A DNA stretch of 64,000 bases from Candidatus Babeliales bacterium (GTDB taxonomy: Bacteria; Babelota; Babeliae; Babelales; JBFXEV01). A program made the position numbers and the translations under genes. The DNA lies in assembly GCA_050179755.1 (NCBI GenBank), contig JBFXEV010000001.1, forward strand, positions 521,994 through 585,993, written 5' to 3'. Positions 1 to 9,929 of this stretch are shown here, piece by piece; the stretch's first letter is position 1, and each line of letters starts with the position of its first letter. The notes under the pieces are model-generated. The model was not told where the DNA came from and did no database searches. It saw only the letters and a list, made by a program, of their open reading frames with translations.

Positions 1-375
1 CTGCAAGGTGTGTAACTTATTGCCATTGGCAGCATCCCATAAACAAGCGGTGCGATCATTTGAAGCTGTGGCTACCATTGTTCCTTGTGGATTAATTGCA
101 ACTGAGATGATCCAATTAGCATGCTTCAAGGTGCGTAACTTATTGCCATTGGCAGCATCCCATAAACAAGCGGTTGTATCATCTGAAGCTGTGGCTACTA
201 TTGTTCCTTGCGGGTTGAATGTAATTGACCTGACCCAATCAGTATGCTGCAAGGTGTGTAACTTATTGCCATTGGCAGCATCCCATAAACAAGCGGTGTT
301 ATCATTTGAAGCTGTGGCTACCATTGTTCCTTGTGGATTAATTGCAACTGAGATGATCCAATTAGCATGCTTCAA
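1..375. repeat. 123-bp tandem repeat (3 units, A-B-A) encoding WD40 blades
   Basis: Units start at 1, 124 and 247; 1-129 and 247-375 differ at only 2 nt. Confidence 0.95.
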
Positions 376-576
376 CGTTGCCTGTTTATAGAACAAAGCA
401 GTTTGGCTAGCAATTCGTCTTGCAATTAAATCCTGAACGTCTTTGTGCTCAGGCTTAAGGATATTTGCCATATTAAAATATTCACAAAGTGATTTTGGTG
501 GTTTCTCCATACCAAATACACAGAGAGTATAGCTCATAGACAGGAGTAGCAAGTGATTAAACAGTTTGTTTTGCAT
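1..576 (-). CDS. Secreted WD40-repeat protein (3' end runs off the window; missed by ORF track)
   Basis: Hand translation from ATG at 576: MQNKLFNHLLLLSMSYTLCVFGMEKP...KHANWIISVAINPQGTMVATASNDNTACLWDAANGNKLHTL, with canonical H..S..D..WD WD40 units; frame is open to base 1. Confidence 0.9.
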   Translation of the reverse strand, partial: MQNKLFNHLLLLSMSYTLCVFGMEKPPKSLCEYFNMANILKPEHKDVQDLIARRIASQTALFYKQATLKHANWIISVAINPQGTMVATASNDNTACLWDAANGNKLHTLQHTDWVRSITFNPQGTIVATASDDTTACLWDAANGNKLRTLKHANWIISVAINPQGTMVATASNDRTACLWDAANGNKLHTLQ

Positions 577-820
577 GGGCTAGTTTTCTAGAGAAATTCC
601 ATTTGGGCATTAATTTATGGTAGACAATTAGCTGCTTGCTAATGCGACTGAATCAATTTTATCATATTCTTGAACAAGCGTGAAATTCTAATAAAAATAT
701 ACAGTATGGGCGAATGCAGTATTCTCGAATCATAACATGCACAATAAGTACGCCCCAAAAGAACAAGATTCTGCGGGGCGTTTGTTGCGTTATGCAATTT
801 TTTGTTGCACGCGTTGCGCC

Positions 821-2305
821 TTATGAGAGCACGTAATACCCTAATAACTGCACCCACATGTTAGTTTGGGCAAATGTTGTTTTGCGGTACGAATTATGGA
901 TACGCCGCTCTGGAAAGTATATTGATATACCTTGTGCTTTGCGTAAATTCTTGCCAACTTGATTTGCAATGACCACGTGCTCGATTAGTTCTTTGCCTGC
1001 AACCAGTTCTTGTTGCAACATGTCTTTTATTGCTTTTTCTCGTTCTGGGTTGGTGAGCTCAAAATGATTTAGGTTAGAAAGCAAGTTGCAATAAAGATGA
1101 TGCAAGTCAATATAACTTGGTTCATCAAAGTGTGTGCATAATAATTTGTGGCGACTAGTGCGCAATGCTTTTTTAACCGATTCATCACGCTGCTCTTTAA
1201 GGCATGTAATTAATAATGAAGCTACTGTACTTACGTTAGCTTCAAGTAAATTAAGATCTTTTAATTCTATTGCAGATTGCGTATAGTCATTTGTTATACG
1301 AGCATACGTTTCGTTATAAGCACTGACTATGTGCATTGCAAATTCTTTTTGCGTCATTGTTTTTTTAGCAAAGGGTGCAATAACTTTTGAATAATCATAA
1401 CCAGTTCCAAGTTCAACTTCTTGTGAGCCAACCATGTAATTTGCATATGGTTGCAAAATATTACCAATTTCTAGCATGGCCATGAGGCACGCATCAAAAG
1501 AAACGATTGCTAATTTTTCACCTCCAAGAAAATCTTGCGTGATTGTTTTGAGTGCAAAATTTAAATCTTGATTGGTTAAAAAATTACCGGTGCTGTCATC
1601 AAAGCAAATTCCACGCTCTGGTTCACCCTCTGATGATAGTACAAAATCAAGAAATGGTGTGGTTCGATCAAGTTCTACCATGCAATTTTGAGGATTAAAA
1701 CTAAATAGTTCTGAAGCATTAAGCATTCTGCGGCGCTCAATATCAATAATGCCTATGCCATGGTTCCACAAATCAATCATATAATTTTTTGCGGGAAAAT
1801 TTTCAATTGCCCAACGCGCGCAATCAATCAGTGTATGCGGACTACCTGAATCCATTTGCTGAGATGCAGGGTCATTGTAATTAGTAATTGTTAATTTATT
1901 TTCTTCGATATAGTAACGCAGAGTTACTTTCTTTTTGCGCTGAATAGTGGTATCTAATTGCACTACAATGTTTACATGTTCATTTGAGCCTATAGAAGCA
2001 AGTTGCATTAAATTTTTACGTGCAAAATTTGCAAGGTCGTTATCTGCTGCCATATAGATAATGATAGTCCAATCTTTTTTTTCTTTAAAACTAATATCAC
2101 CTGCTTCTTGAATTATTGATGGATTCCTTAAGACGAGGCTTGCATGATTCATAATTTGAGACTGTAGATTAAGCTCAAATACATCATCGTATACTAGTGC
2201 AGGGGTTGGTGCCCAGTCGCACTGATTGCTATGTGTTGCTCCTGAAATTAATGGCAGCAAAAATAGCATTGCGCTTCCAATGCAAACTTTACCTATAAAC
2301 TTCAT
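821..2305 (-). CDS. Clostripain-family (C11) cysteine peptidase, signal peptide
   Basis: WTIIIYMAADNDL, catalytic WNHG and FDACLMA motifs; start placed at MKFIG. Confidence 0.88.
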   Translation of the reverse strand: MKFIGKVCIGSAMLFLLPLISGATHSNQCDWAPTPALVYDDVFELNLQSQIMNHASLVLRNPSIIQEAGDISFKEKKDWTIIIYMAADNDLANFARKNLMQLASIGSNEHVNIVVQLDTTIQRKKKVTLRYYIEENKLTITNYNDPASQQMDSGSPHTLIDCARWAIENFPAKNYMIDLWNHGIGIIDIERRRMLNASELFSFNPQNCMVELDRTTPFLDFVLSSEGEPERGICFDDSTGNFLTNQDLNFALKTITQDFLGGEKLAIVSFDACLMAMLEIGNILQPYANYMVGSQEVELGTGYDYSKVIAPFAKKTMTQKEFAMHIVSAYNETYARITNDYTQSAIELKDLNLLEANVSTVASLLITCLKEQRDESVKKALRTSRHKLLCTHFDEPSYIDLHHLYCNLLSNLNHFELTNPEREKAIKDMLQQELVAGKELIEHVVIANQVGKNLRKAQGISIYFPERRIHNSYRKTTFAQTNMWVQLLGYYVLS

Positions 2306-2372
2306 CGCCTCGCTCCTTATTTTTAACAATGTCGTAAGTCATTGTTATACTACCTGATTTTTTAGGTAAGAT

Positions 2373-3527
2373 TCAAGAGTTGGCAGCAATGCGTATTCTG
2401 TGCCAAGAATAAGCTTGATATATCCAAGCAAGCGCAAATGTTAACCCGAAGCTGAGTTGAAAGTCAAGAAAAAATAATTGCATAGGATTTAAAACAAGGC
2501 ACCCACATGTAATCAATGTAATAATATGAAGTGTGCTTGGTTGTTGTTGCCAAATGTGTGCAGCATAATACAAACAAAGTGATGAAAAGGAGCGCATAAA
2601 AGAAAGACTTGTCCAGCTTAATAATAAATAGACCGTATTAAGAAGTAGCATAAAAAGATATTTATAGCGTGAGCGGAGTGGAATATACGAGAGTAATAGG
2701 TGCCATAAATATATAAACAGTACCAAGTGAAGGCCGGATCGAGCCAAAAAGTGCGAAAGACCCCAAATACCAAATTGTGTTTTCATTCCTTTTAGATATT
2801 GCTTATGAGTTTGGCAATTGCCTAAAAATAATGAAGAATAAAACGCAGCATTTGGTTCTGTCATTTTTGCGCATGCACGTTCAAATAAGTTGTGGCGCAA
2901 TGCGTTGACCCAACGGTTCCAGGAATACGTTGGTCTTTGCAATAGCGTATATTTTAAATGATGGGTAAATAATGTATTATTGATCCCTGATTTAATTAAA
3001 TAATCGTTAAAGCTTGTTGTTGGATCGTGATTGCTGAATTTACATTCTTCAAGATATACAAGGTCGTCGGGCGCTATATAGGGCATGCTGTGGCAATAGG
3101 CCGCAATAACTGCATTGTGTTCTTGCCAAGGAGCGTTGCGTTCACACTTTTTAATTTTTTGTATGTTTAAATGTATGGTGTAAGGATATTGCTTTTTATC
3201 GCTTTCTTGCACGCTTATAATTGTTGCGATGGCATCGAGGGTTTTGCCACTGAGTAATGCTGCCATGCGTGCATGCTCTGTGCGCTGCCACTGTGCAAGC
3301 CCTGCTCCAATGCCAAAAGAGGCACATAAACAAAAAATAGAGAATGTGGCTTGTTTTAATGTATCACGTGTGAAGGCGTGATACGCGCTACAAGCACCTA
3401 GCACTACCATGATCATAAGGTAATTACTGTGCAATGTTGCAAACCATATGCCAAGCATAAGGCTTATAGTAATGGTTATAAGGGGATGTATAATAATGGG
3501 GTTAAAATGGGCGTACCAGTGTTGCAT
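2373..3527 (-). CDS. comEC: ComEC/Rec2 competence membrane protein (no MBL domain)
   Basis: GLSHFLARSGLHL and FFLDFQLSF competence-domain motifs; multiple TM helices. Confidence 0.8.
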   Translation of the reverse strand: MQHWYAHFNPIIIHPLITITISLMLGIWFATLHSNYLMIMVVLGACSAYHAFTRDTLKQATFSIFCLCASFGIGAGLAQWQRTEHARMAALLSGKTLDAIATIISVQESDKKQYPYTIHLNIQKIKKCERNAPWQEHNAVIAAYCHSMPYIAPDDLVYLEECKFSNHDPTTSFNDYLIKSGINNTLFTHHLKYTLLQRPTYSWNRWVNALRHNLFERACAKMTEPNAAFYSSLFLGNCQTHKQYLKGMKTQFGIWGLSHFLARSGLHLVLFIYLWHLLLSYIPLRSRYKYLFMLLLNTVYLLLSWTSLSFMRSFSSLCLYYAAHIWQQQPSTLHIITLITCGCLVLNPMQLFFLDFQLSFGLTFALAWIYQAYSWHRIRIAANS

Positions 3528-3555
3528 CTAAAAAGCATAATCTAAAGGATAAAAT

Positions 3556-3786
3556 ATGCAAATTTTGCCAAACAGTATTTATGAGCATTATAAAGGTCAG
3601 CAATACCGCGTGATTGCGGTGGCGACGTATAGTGAAGATATTAATCAGCAGTTTGTAATCTATGAAGCGCTGTATTGTAATAAAGTCAGCCAAATATGGG
3701 CTCGCCCTCTCGCGATGTTTTTAGAGGATATTGAGATTGACGGCAAAGTAATACCGCGCTTTAGGCATATTGAACGCTTAATTTAA
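3556..3786 (+). CDS. DUF1653 family protein
   Basis: YEHYKG..Y.V..VA..SE...VIYEALY...WARP..MF...RF pattern. Confidence 0.85.
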   Translation: MQILPNSIYEHYKGQQYRVIAVATYSEDINQQFVIYEALYCNKVSQIWARPLAMFLEDIEIDGKVIPRFRHIERLI

Positions 3787-4364
3787 GCAAGCGGTTCGGT
3801 TTGGCTAGTTTGCGAGCTTGGTACGTAGTCCCAGCGTAACTTTGCTATTTTGTTGTTATAAAGCACCTGATTTAAATAGTCTTGGCTTTGCAAATCAGGA
3901 TGTTCGTCCATCATATGCTTAATAGTTTGCCACAGTTGTAGCGTTCTTTTATTTGCTCTGCATGCAATAAAGCTATGCGTAGGATGCTGGCTTTGTTCTA
4001 AAACAAGGTCAGTATGCTCAAGCGCTTTAAGAATAGCCTCTCTTTGCGGTACCGTGGTGTTTTCATTAAGTTCACAATACATAAATATGCTTCCCCAGTT
4101 TTCTTTTATGGCGGTAAGCATGGTCTCTACTTTTTGGGCAAAAGCGCTTGGTGTGTTGCTTTGCCTTTCTATGATTACATCGTAATCATGATGATGTGCG
4201 GCTTCAAAGGTATTTTGTGTTTCATGTGCAAGCTGTGTGGGAGCTAAAAGCGCGTAGAGTTTAAGTTTTACGGGTAATGCTTCTTTTTTGGAAAATTGGT
4301 GAAATATTGCCCATGAAAAAATGGTAAGCATTCCGGAAACTAAAGCGATTAATTTTATACGCAT
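3783..4364 (-). CDS. Membrane-anchored hypothetical protein, possibly a degenerate nucleotide-diphospho-sugar transferase
   Basis: N-terminal TM; SFIACRAN..TL.LW..QDYLNQVL resembles that family; no DxD seen. Confidence 0.45.
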   Translation of the reverse strand: MRIKLIALVSGMLTIFSWAIFHQFSKKEALPVKLKLYALLAPTQLAHETQNTFEAAHHHDYDVIIERQSNTPSAFAQKVETMLTAIKENWGSIFMYCELNENTTVPQREAILKALEHTDLVLEQSQHPTHSFIACRANKRTLQLWQTIKHMMDEHPDLQSQDYLNQVLYNNKIAKLRWDYVPSSQTSQTEPLA

Positions 4365-4609
4365 GGTATTCCTTTATACTTTTTCTTGTTCTCTAATAAT
4401 AGCACAGGATCAATCGAAACAAAATATTAGTAAAAGGCAGCAAAAAGGGATTGCAAGAAGAAATATTGGTAATGCGCGATTATTTGGATAATAGTTTCTC
4501 AAAGAATATTTTTGCGTCTTTTTTTGATTTGCAATTTCAAAATTTATCGAGTATAACTGATGTGAATTTTCTATTGCACAAATTTAGGCAGCATAAGGAT
4601 TAGCAATAT

Positions 4610-6370
4610 ATGCAATTTAAATCATTTATTAATAAGCTTCTGATTTGTTCCATTACATTGTTCTGTTCGTTGAATGCAGATAAGTCTTCAATTCTTTCTT
4701 ATAGAGAAATAGAAGAAAATAAGATCATTCCTGACATTTTGGTATCGTTTGAGGACTTGCGAATCGACGCTGCCCCCTATGATGGAGAGTGCACTGCTGA
4801 TCATGTTTATTATAGAGACAATGATGAACGTGGCTTTAGCATAGATCTTACTAGTCATTCTAGCGATCATAGTTCGCATAATTCTTCTGATTCTTATGAA
4901 AAACCAGATACCTTTTTTGATCGGCATGATTCATCGCAAAATGATATCACTAGGTATAATGATGCTGAGAGTAATCTTCGCGAGGTGCAAGGATACAGAT
5001 ATGAGTATCAAGGCAACGATTGTGTGCCAGATTATAACATCAAAGAAGCAAGCCTAATAAAAACAAATGAGATACAGTTGCAACAGAAAATTCAAGCACT
5101 TACACTGGCAAGATGGCCTGATGCTGTAACGATCGATGAAGAAAGCCATTTGTGGCAACAGGAATTAGGTTGTTGGAAAGGTGATAGCTTAAGAGAGGCT
5201 CAGTGTCGGAAAGAAAAACGAATAGCGGCCTATCAAAAATGTAAAAGCGACCCTGTTTTTTTTAAGCAGCATTATTATGAGCTCTCGGGTGAAGCAAAGA
5301 CTTATTTGTATAAGAATCAAATTAATGCAGCGATATTTCAAAAAGGTTTTTATAATGCAATGCAGCATCAATTACATACAGAGTTTATAGAGATAGCTGA
5401 AGAATTAACATGCTATGATATGAATGTACATTATCCGGATACATTCAAACTGGTTCATGTAGATGTTGCGCATGTTACCGCAATAGGTGTTCAGTGCAAT
5501 AAGATGGGCGATGTAATTAAAGCCGCAACTATAGCTGACTTTGCCTGGAAAATTCTTGAATGTGGCCAAGCGGTGCTTAAAGGAGGGTATGATGGATTGA
5601 AGAGCGTTGGATCATATGCATATGAAAATCCTCACGAAGTCCTTCTTTATGGGGTTGCCCCGGAAATTATGAGCGGATATTACACATTAAAATTAATCCA
5701 TTCGATTGGTTCTTTAGTAATAGATATTGCGCAAGTCGGGGCTACTGAGTCTTGTAAAGAAGCACTAAAAAACACTAATCTTCAGGGAGTTTTACATGGA
5801 ACAGCTTCTATTCTTGCCCAGATTTGTTTTAATAATGTACTTAACAAGTTCTCTGTAAAATTTGTTGGAAAGAGTAAGGAATCATTAGCCGCAGTGGTCG
5901 CGGGAGAATGTCCGACAACTTATGCCGCACTTAAAGATGTGTGTAAGGCAAGAGCTAAGCGCTCATCTGATAATATAAAGAATATCAAACACACGTTATT
6001 TAAAGATATAAAAAAAGGCAAAGTTGGTTCAGAGAGTAAAATTAAAATTCCAGTATTATTTAGTGATCTGAAGCAGGCAGAGGCTGATTATCGTGGTATA
6101 ATAAATCATTATTACAATCATATTTTTCAAAAAAGTCATAATTTATCTGTAATATGCTCTAACGAAAAGAGTCTTATTGAGAATATTATTAGCAAAGTAA
6201 CTGATTGTGTAAAAGACAGTCTTTTTTGTGAGGGTAATAATCAAATTTTAACATTAATTAATGGGCATAAGGTGACTATTAGAGTTAATATCTCAAATGG
6301 AAAGTTTAGATCTACTAATATTTTCCTAGGCTGGGCATCTCGGATTTCGGATAATCAAATTAATCTTTAG
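4610..6370 (+). CDS. Putative polymorphic toxin A (signal peptide, conserved domain, variable C-terminal tip)
   Basis: Signal peptide; shares QHxLHxE..EI, N..GD..AD and (H/N)P.E blocks with 51665..53953; tip NHIFQKSHNL...INGHKVTIRV. Confidence 0.65.
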   Translation: MQFKSFINKLLICSITLFCSLNADKSSILSYREIEENKIIPDILVSFEDLRIDAAPYDGECTADHVYYRDNDERGFSIDLTSHSSDHSSHNSSDSYEKPDTFFDRHDSSQNDITRYNDAESNLREVQGYRYEYQGNDCVPDYNIKEASLIKTNEIQLQQKIQALTLARWPDAVTIDEESHLWQQELGCWKGDSLREAQCRKEKRIAAYQKCKSDPVFFKQHYYELSGEAKTYLYKNQINAAIFQKGFYNAMQHQLHTEFIEIAEELTCYDMNVHYPDTFKLVHVDVAHVTAIGVQCNKMGDVIKAATIADFAWKILECGQAVLKGGYDGLKSVGSYAYENPHEVLLYGVAPEIMSGYYTLKLIHSIGSLVIDIAQVGATESCKEALKNTNLQGVLHGTASILAQICFNNVLNKFSVKFVGKSKESLAAVVAGECPTTYAALKDVCKARAKRSSDNIKNIKHTLFKDIKKGKVGSESKIKIPVLFSDLKQAEADYRGIINHYYNHIFQKSHNLSVICSNEKSLIENIISKVTDCVKDSLFCEGNNQILTLINGHKVTIRVNISNGKFRSTNIFLGWASRISDNQINL

Positions 6371-6415
6371 TTGGTACACACTGCTATAGTTTTATAAACA
6401 AGAAAATTAAATATT

Positions 6416-7528
6416 ATGCCATTACCATTTTATGTAATTCCGTTTTTTCGTCAAAATAATAATAATTATGTTTGCTATGTAGGTTATAAAGACAAAAAAA
6501 GCTCAATACTTACTTGTTTATTTAATATTTTAAGCGCTAATCTGAACTTTATTGATGATATAAGTAAAATGAGTGATGGTATGTTATTATTGAATAACAT
6601 ATTGATTATTCTTAAAGAGCGTACTCTTTATAAGATTTTTTTTAAAGATGATGAAGATATGCAAAACAGTGATAACGTTACAGTATTTGCAATTTCTGAA
6701 TTTCATAATTTATTATATGAGTGGCATATTTATCAAAAAGGACGTTGTGATGTAGTGGTTTTTGCATTAATAGATTCAGCTTATTTAATAAATGGTTTTT
6801 ATAGAGAGTTATATGATGAAAGCGCTTTCAATGAGAAAAAACTAATTCTTGCTAAATTTCAGTTACTGTGTGCTAAAGTTGGCTTACTGGACAACGTATT
6901 AGGTGAACAAATAGAAGCAATTCTGGTTAACCATCTTTGCAAGTATCCACAGAATGTTGACTCTTGGCTACAACTAACAATGTTGGAATTTAGCATGTCT
7001 TGGAAAGATCCTTATAGGATGGAAAACTATCTGACAAATGCACTTAGCTTTGATAAAGAAAATATATATGCATTACTTTTTTTGGCATACGCAGACTGGC
7101 TTCATAGAGGAGAAGTGAGGCTTGAGGTTCTTAATAGCTTATCAAAATTAAATGTAGATTCAGAGCATGCATCCATGATAGAGTTTGCCAACGCTTTGGG
7201 CACGATGCTTGATTATCCTGAAAAATACGAGCAACATCTGTTACGATCCATAGCTTTATGCAATAAACATGTTAATAATTACAGCTATTTAGGAAAATTT
7301 TATGGAAAGAGAAATAGAATAAGTGAGGCTCTAGTATGCTATAAACACGCTTTAAATAATATTCAGTATATTGATAATTCTGAAAATCTTTCTTGCAGTG
7401 ATGCAATTGATATACAATCATTCTTTGATTTTTACTACAAGGGAATTCGTATTTCAGAGTATCTGAAGAAAGATTTAGAAATTAAAATAGCAGAATTAGA
7501 AATTGAATCAAAAGAGCATATAACTTAA
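6416..7528 (+). CDS. Putative immunity protein with C-terminal TPR-like domain
   Basis: Directly downstream of toxin A; ISEFHNLLYEW resembles the 51291 protein; YLGKFY..EALVCYKHAL is TPR-like. Confidence 0.55.
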   Translation: MPLPFYVIPFFRQNNNNYVCYVGYKDKKSSILTCLFNILSANLNFIDDISKMSDGMLLLNNILIILKERTLYKIFFKDDEDMQNSDNVTVFAISEFHNLLYEWHIYQKGRCDVVVFALIDSAYLINGFYRELYDESAFNEKKLILAKFQLLCAKVGLLDNVLGEQIEAILVNHLCKYPQNVDSWLQLTMLEFSMSWKDPYRMENYLTNALSFDKENIYALLFLAYADWLHRGEVRLEVLNSLSKLNVDSEHASMIEFANALGTMLDYPEKYEQHLLRSIALCNKHVNNYSYLGKFYGKRNRISEALVCYKHALNNIQYIDNSENLSCSDAIDIQSFFDFYYKGIRISEYLKKDLEIKIAELEIESKEHIT

Positions 7529-7587
7529 TATCTTGTATCGTTTTTAAGAGATATTTTTTCAGCAAATGAGGTCTGTATGAAAGCCCT

Positions 7588-8160
7588 TTAAAGAGTACAT
7601 CTTGTTTTGATCTCTTTTTTAATCGTATAGGGTTGCCAACTCCAATAGCCAAAATCCACAGCACAATTACCTTCGTCAAGCTTTTCTTCATTATGAATTT
7701 GTAAATCGCAGTAACCAAAATTATTTATATAGCTACTATTGTTATTAACTTGGCATAAGGTTGCTTTTTTAAAGTCTAGTGTAATTAAACCATGAGGATT
7801 AAAGCCGTAGCGACCTCCGAATCCAAAAGAAGTATAGCTATCATTTAAGTCAGTCCATAAAATAAATATATACGACGATGTTGGCTCATTATAGACACAT
7901 AAGCCAGCATCATTGTAACCCACCATCATTTTTTTTCTGTAATAAAAAAATTCATTTATTGTGGTGTAACTTAAATATCCAAAAATAAAAGCGTCCCATG
8001 CCAAAGGGAAATCTTTACCATTACTATTTAAGATCATTTGAGTAAATTTGGCACCAAATATCCAAGAATAAACAACAATGAGATTCAGAAATAGGCACAT
8101 TGAACCAAAAAAAAGACTGAGGACTTTAGGTGAGCAAGTATATATTTTTTGAAAGTTCAT
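7588..8160 (-). CDS. Hypothetical membrane protein
   Basis: 190-aa ORF with two N-terminal hydrophobic helices. Confidence 0.6.
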   Translation of the reverse strand: MNFQKIYTCSPKVLSLFFGSMCLFLNLIVVYSWIFGAKFTQMILNSNGKDFPLAWDAFIFGYLSYTTINEFFYYRKKMMVGYNDAGLCVYNEPTSSYIFILWTDLNDSYTSFGFGGRYGFNPHGLITLDFKKATLCQVNNNSSYINNFGYCDLQIHNEEKLDEGNCAVDFGYWSWQPYTIKKEIKTRCTL

Positions 8161-8171
8161 TGTAATTACAT

Positions 8172-8699
8172 CTAGTGAAAAATTAAAGTCGGTAAAATTA
8201 AACTAATTAATATGGCATAGAGAAAAGATAGCCAAAGCGCGCTTAAAAAATTTAGAATTCTTATTACATAACTTAAAAATTTAAGGCCAAAATGTGAGTT
8301 GTCTTCCGCTGCAGTTATTACATTATTAACATCTTGATTGCTCGGAAATGCTTGAGCGCCTGCTGATATTCCTATCCACCAAAGAAAAATGTATAAAGGG
8401 GTAAGTGCAGAGTAAGGGTGTAATCGACACCAGAAAACTGAAGTTAAAGGAAATGTAAATAATATGCAAATTATGCTATTGAAAAATAATGGCGCAAGAG
8501 CCACAAGCACATTATGTTTCACATTTACTATTCGGCCATGCAATACATGCCCAGCAGTTTTTGAAAATATTTTAAAATAATTCACTTCATAAACGGGTAT
8601 GTTAAAAACATCACACATAAAGCGATGAGATATTTCATGCATAATAATTCCAGGAAATGTTAATAATGCTATAAATTCTCCAGGAATAAAGAATATCAT
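8172..8699 (-). CDS. Membrane zincin-like metalloprotease (DUF3267-like)
   Basis: PGIIMHEISH (HExxH), ALAPLF, AFPS.QD, several TMs. Confidence 0.7.
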   Translation of the reverse strand: MIFFIPGEFIALLTFPGIIMHEISHRFMCDVFNIPVYEVNYFKIFSKTAGHVLHGRIVNVKHNVLVALAPLFFNSIICILFTFPLTSVFWCRLHPYSALTPLYIFLWWIGISAGAQAFPSNQDVNNVITAAEDNSHFGLKFLSYVIRILNFLSALWLSFLYAILISLILPTLIFH

Positions 8700-8848
8700 G
8701 ATCTTACCGCATGAGTTTCAAATAATTCCATGTATTCTGAAGGCATGTAGCTTAGCAATTCTTTCCAATCATATTTATCCAATGACATACCTTGTAAATA
8801 ATTCATAGCTTGTTGATGCGCATCGGCATGGTCTTGCAAAAAGAGCAT
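8696..8848 (-). pseudogene. Short ORF or 3' gene remnant
   Basis: MLFLQDHADAHQQAMNYLQG...ETHAVRS*; its TGA overlaps the next ATG (ATGA); frame open up to the manC stop. Confidence 0.4.
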
Positions 8849-8896
8849 TTGAGCTAAACGTAATTTGATGATATTGCGATCTGGTAAAAGTGGTTC

Positions 8897-9928
8897 TTAT
8901 AAAACCTCTGTATTCCCTGCCACCCGCAATTGCTGCACAATCGCCTTAACCTCTTCCACATCACTGCGCTTTGCAATAAGCAACGCGTCTTTGGTATTAA
9001 CAATGCACAGATCATCAACGCCAATAAGTGCAATGATTTTTTTAGGATCAGTTGCATTAACTAGATTATTATGTGCATTGAGCGCATAAACATTCTTATT
9101 TTGTTCTTGTGTTTTATTTTGCAGGGATAAAAATATATCTAAGTTGCCTACGTCTTTCCATTCAAAACTTGCGGGCAGCACCACTGTTGCATTACTTTTT
9201 TCCATGACTGCATGATCAAAAGATATTTTTGGTGTTGCTTCATAGGGCGCAGTGCCTTGCATGAACGCTTGCACGTGATCAAGTACGCCAGGCGCATGTT
9301 TTTTGAATTCATCTAAAAAGGTGCTCACTTTGCCGCAAAACATGCCGGTATTCCATAAAAAATTGCCAGCATTAAGATATGTTTGCGCAACAGTAAGTGA
9401 AGGTTTTTCATGAAATTGAGTAACTTTTTTTAATGCATGTGCATCGTTTTTTGCATATTCAATATAACCATAGCCCGTTGCCGGGTGAGTTGGCTGTATG
9501 CCTAGCAATGCTATTACGTTATGTTCTTGAGCGTATGCTACTGCTTTTTTTATGTCCTGCAAAAATAATGTTTGGTCAGGAATATAATGATCTGCAGAAA
9601 GAATAATTGCTATCGCATTGGGGTTTTTTTGGGAAAGCGTTAAACATGCCCAGGCTACTGCTGCTGCAGTATTGCGTGCCGCAGGTTCGCCAAGCACAGT
9701 TTGCACATGAGTGCCAACTGCTTGCTCTATTGCATGTTGCTGTGCACTTGTTGTCACAATCATGCGCTGCTCTTTTGGAATGAGCGGGGCAATACGATCA
9801 AGCGTTAATGCAAGTAACGAGCTATCTGTCCAGGGCAATAATTGCTTGGGGAATAGCCCTCTGCTTAAAGGCCACAAGCGTTCACCGCTACCGCCGGCCA
9901 GTATTATTGCATAAAAATTACTTGTCAT
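8897..9928 (-). CDS. manC: Mannose-1-phosphate guanylyltransferase
   Basis: IILAGGSGERLWPLSR..PKQ, EPAARNTA, ADH, TGYGYIE, FHEKP, ISFDHAVME; start at MTSNF. Confidence 0.93.
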   Translation of the reverse strand: MTSNFYAIILAGGSGERLWPLSRGLFPKQLLPWTDSSLLALTLDRIAPLIPKEQRMIVTTSAQQHAIEQAVGTHVQTVLGEPAARNTAAAVAWACLTLSQKNPNAIAIILSADHYIPDQTLFLQDIKKAVAYAQEHNVIALLGIQPTHPATGYGYIEYAKNDAHALKKVTQFHEKPSLTVAQTYLNAGNFLWNTGMFCGKVSTFLDEFKKHAPGVLDHVQAFMQGTAPYEATPKISFDHAVMEKSNATVVLPASFEWKDVGNLDIFLSLQNKTQEQNKNVYALNAHNNLVNATDPKKIIALIGVDDLCIVNTKDALLIAKRSDVEEVKAIVQQLRVAGNTEVL

Positions 9929-9929
9929 T

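Noticed and set aside
1..375. Possible CRISPR array or DGR template/variable repeat
   Set aside because: Repeats are contiguous, in frame and have no spacers; no cas or reverse transcriptase gene in the window
8..391. Plus-strand 127-aa repetitive ORF
   Set aside because: Antisense shadow of the minus-strand WD40 gene
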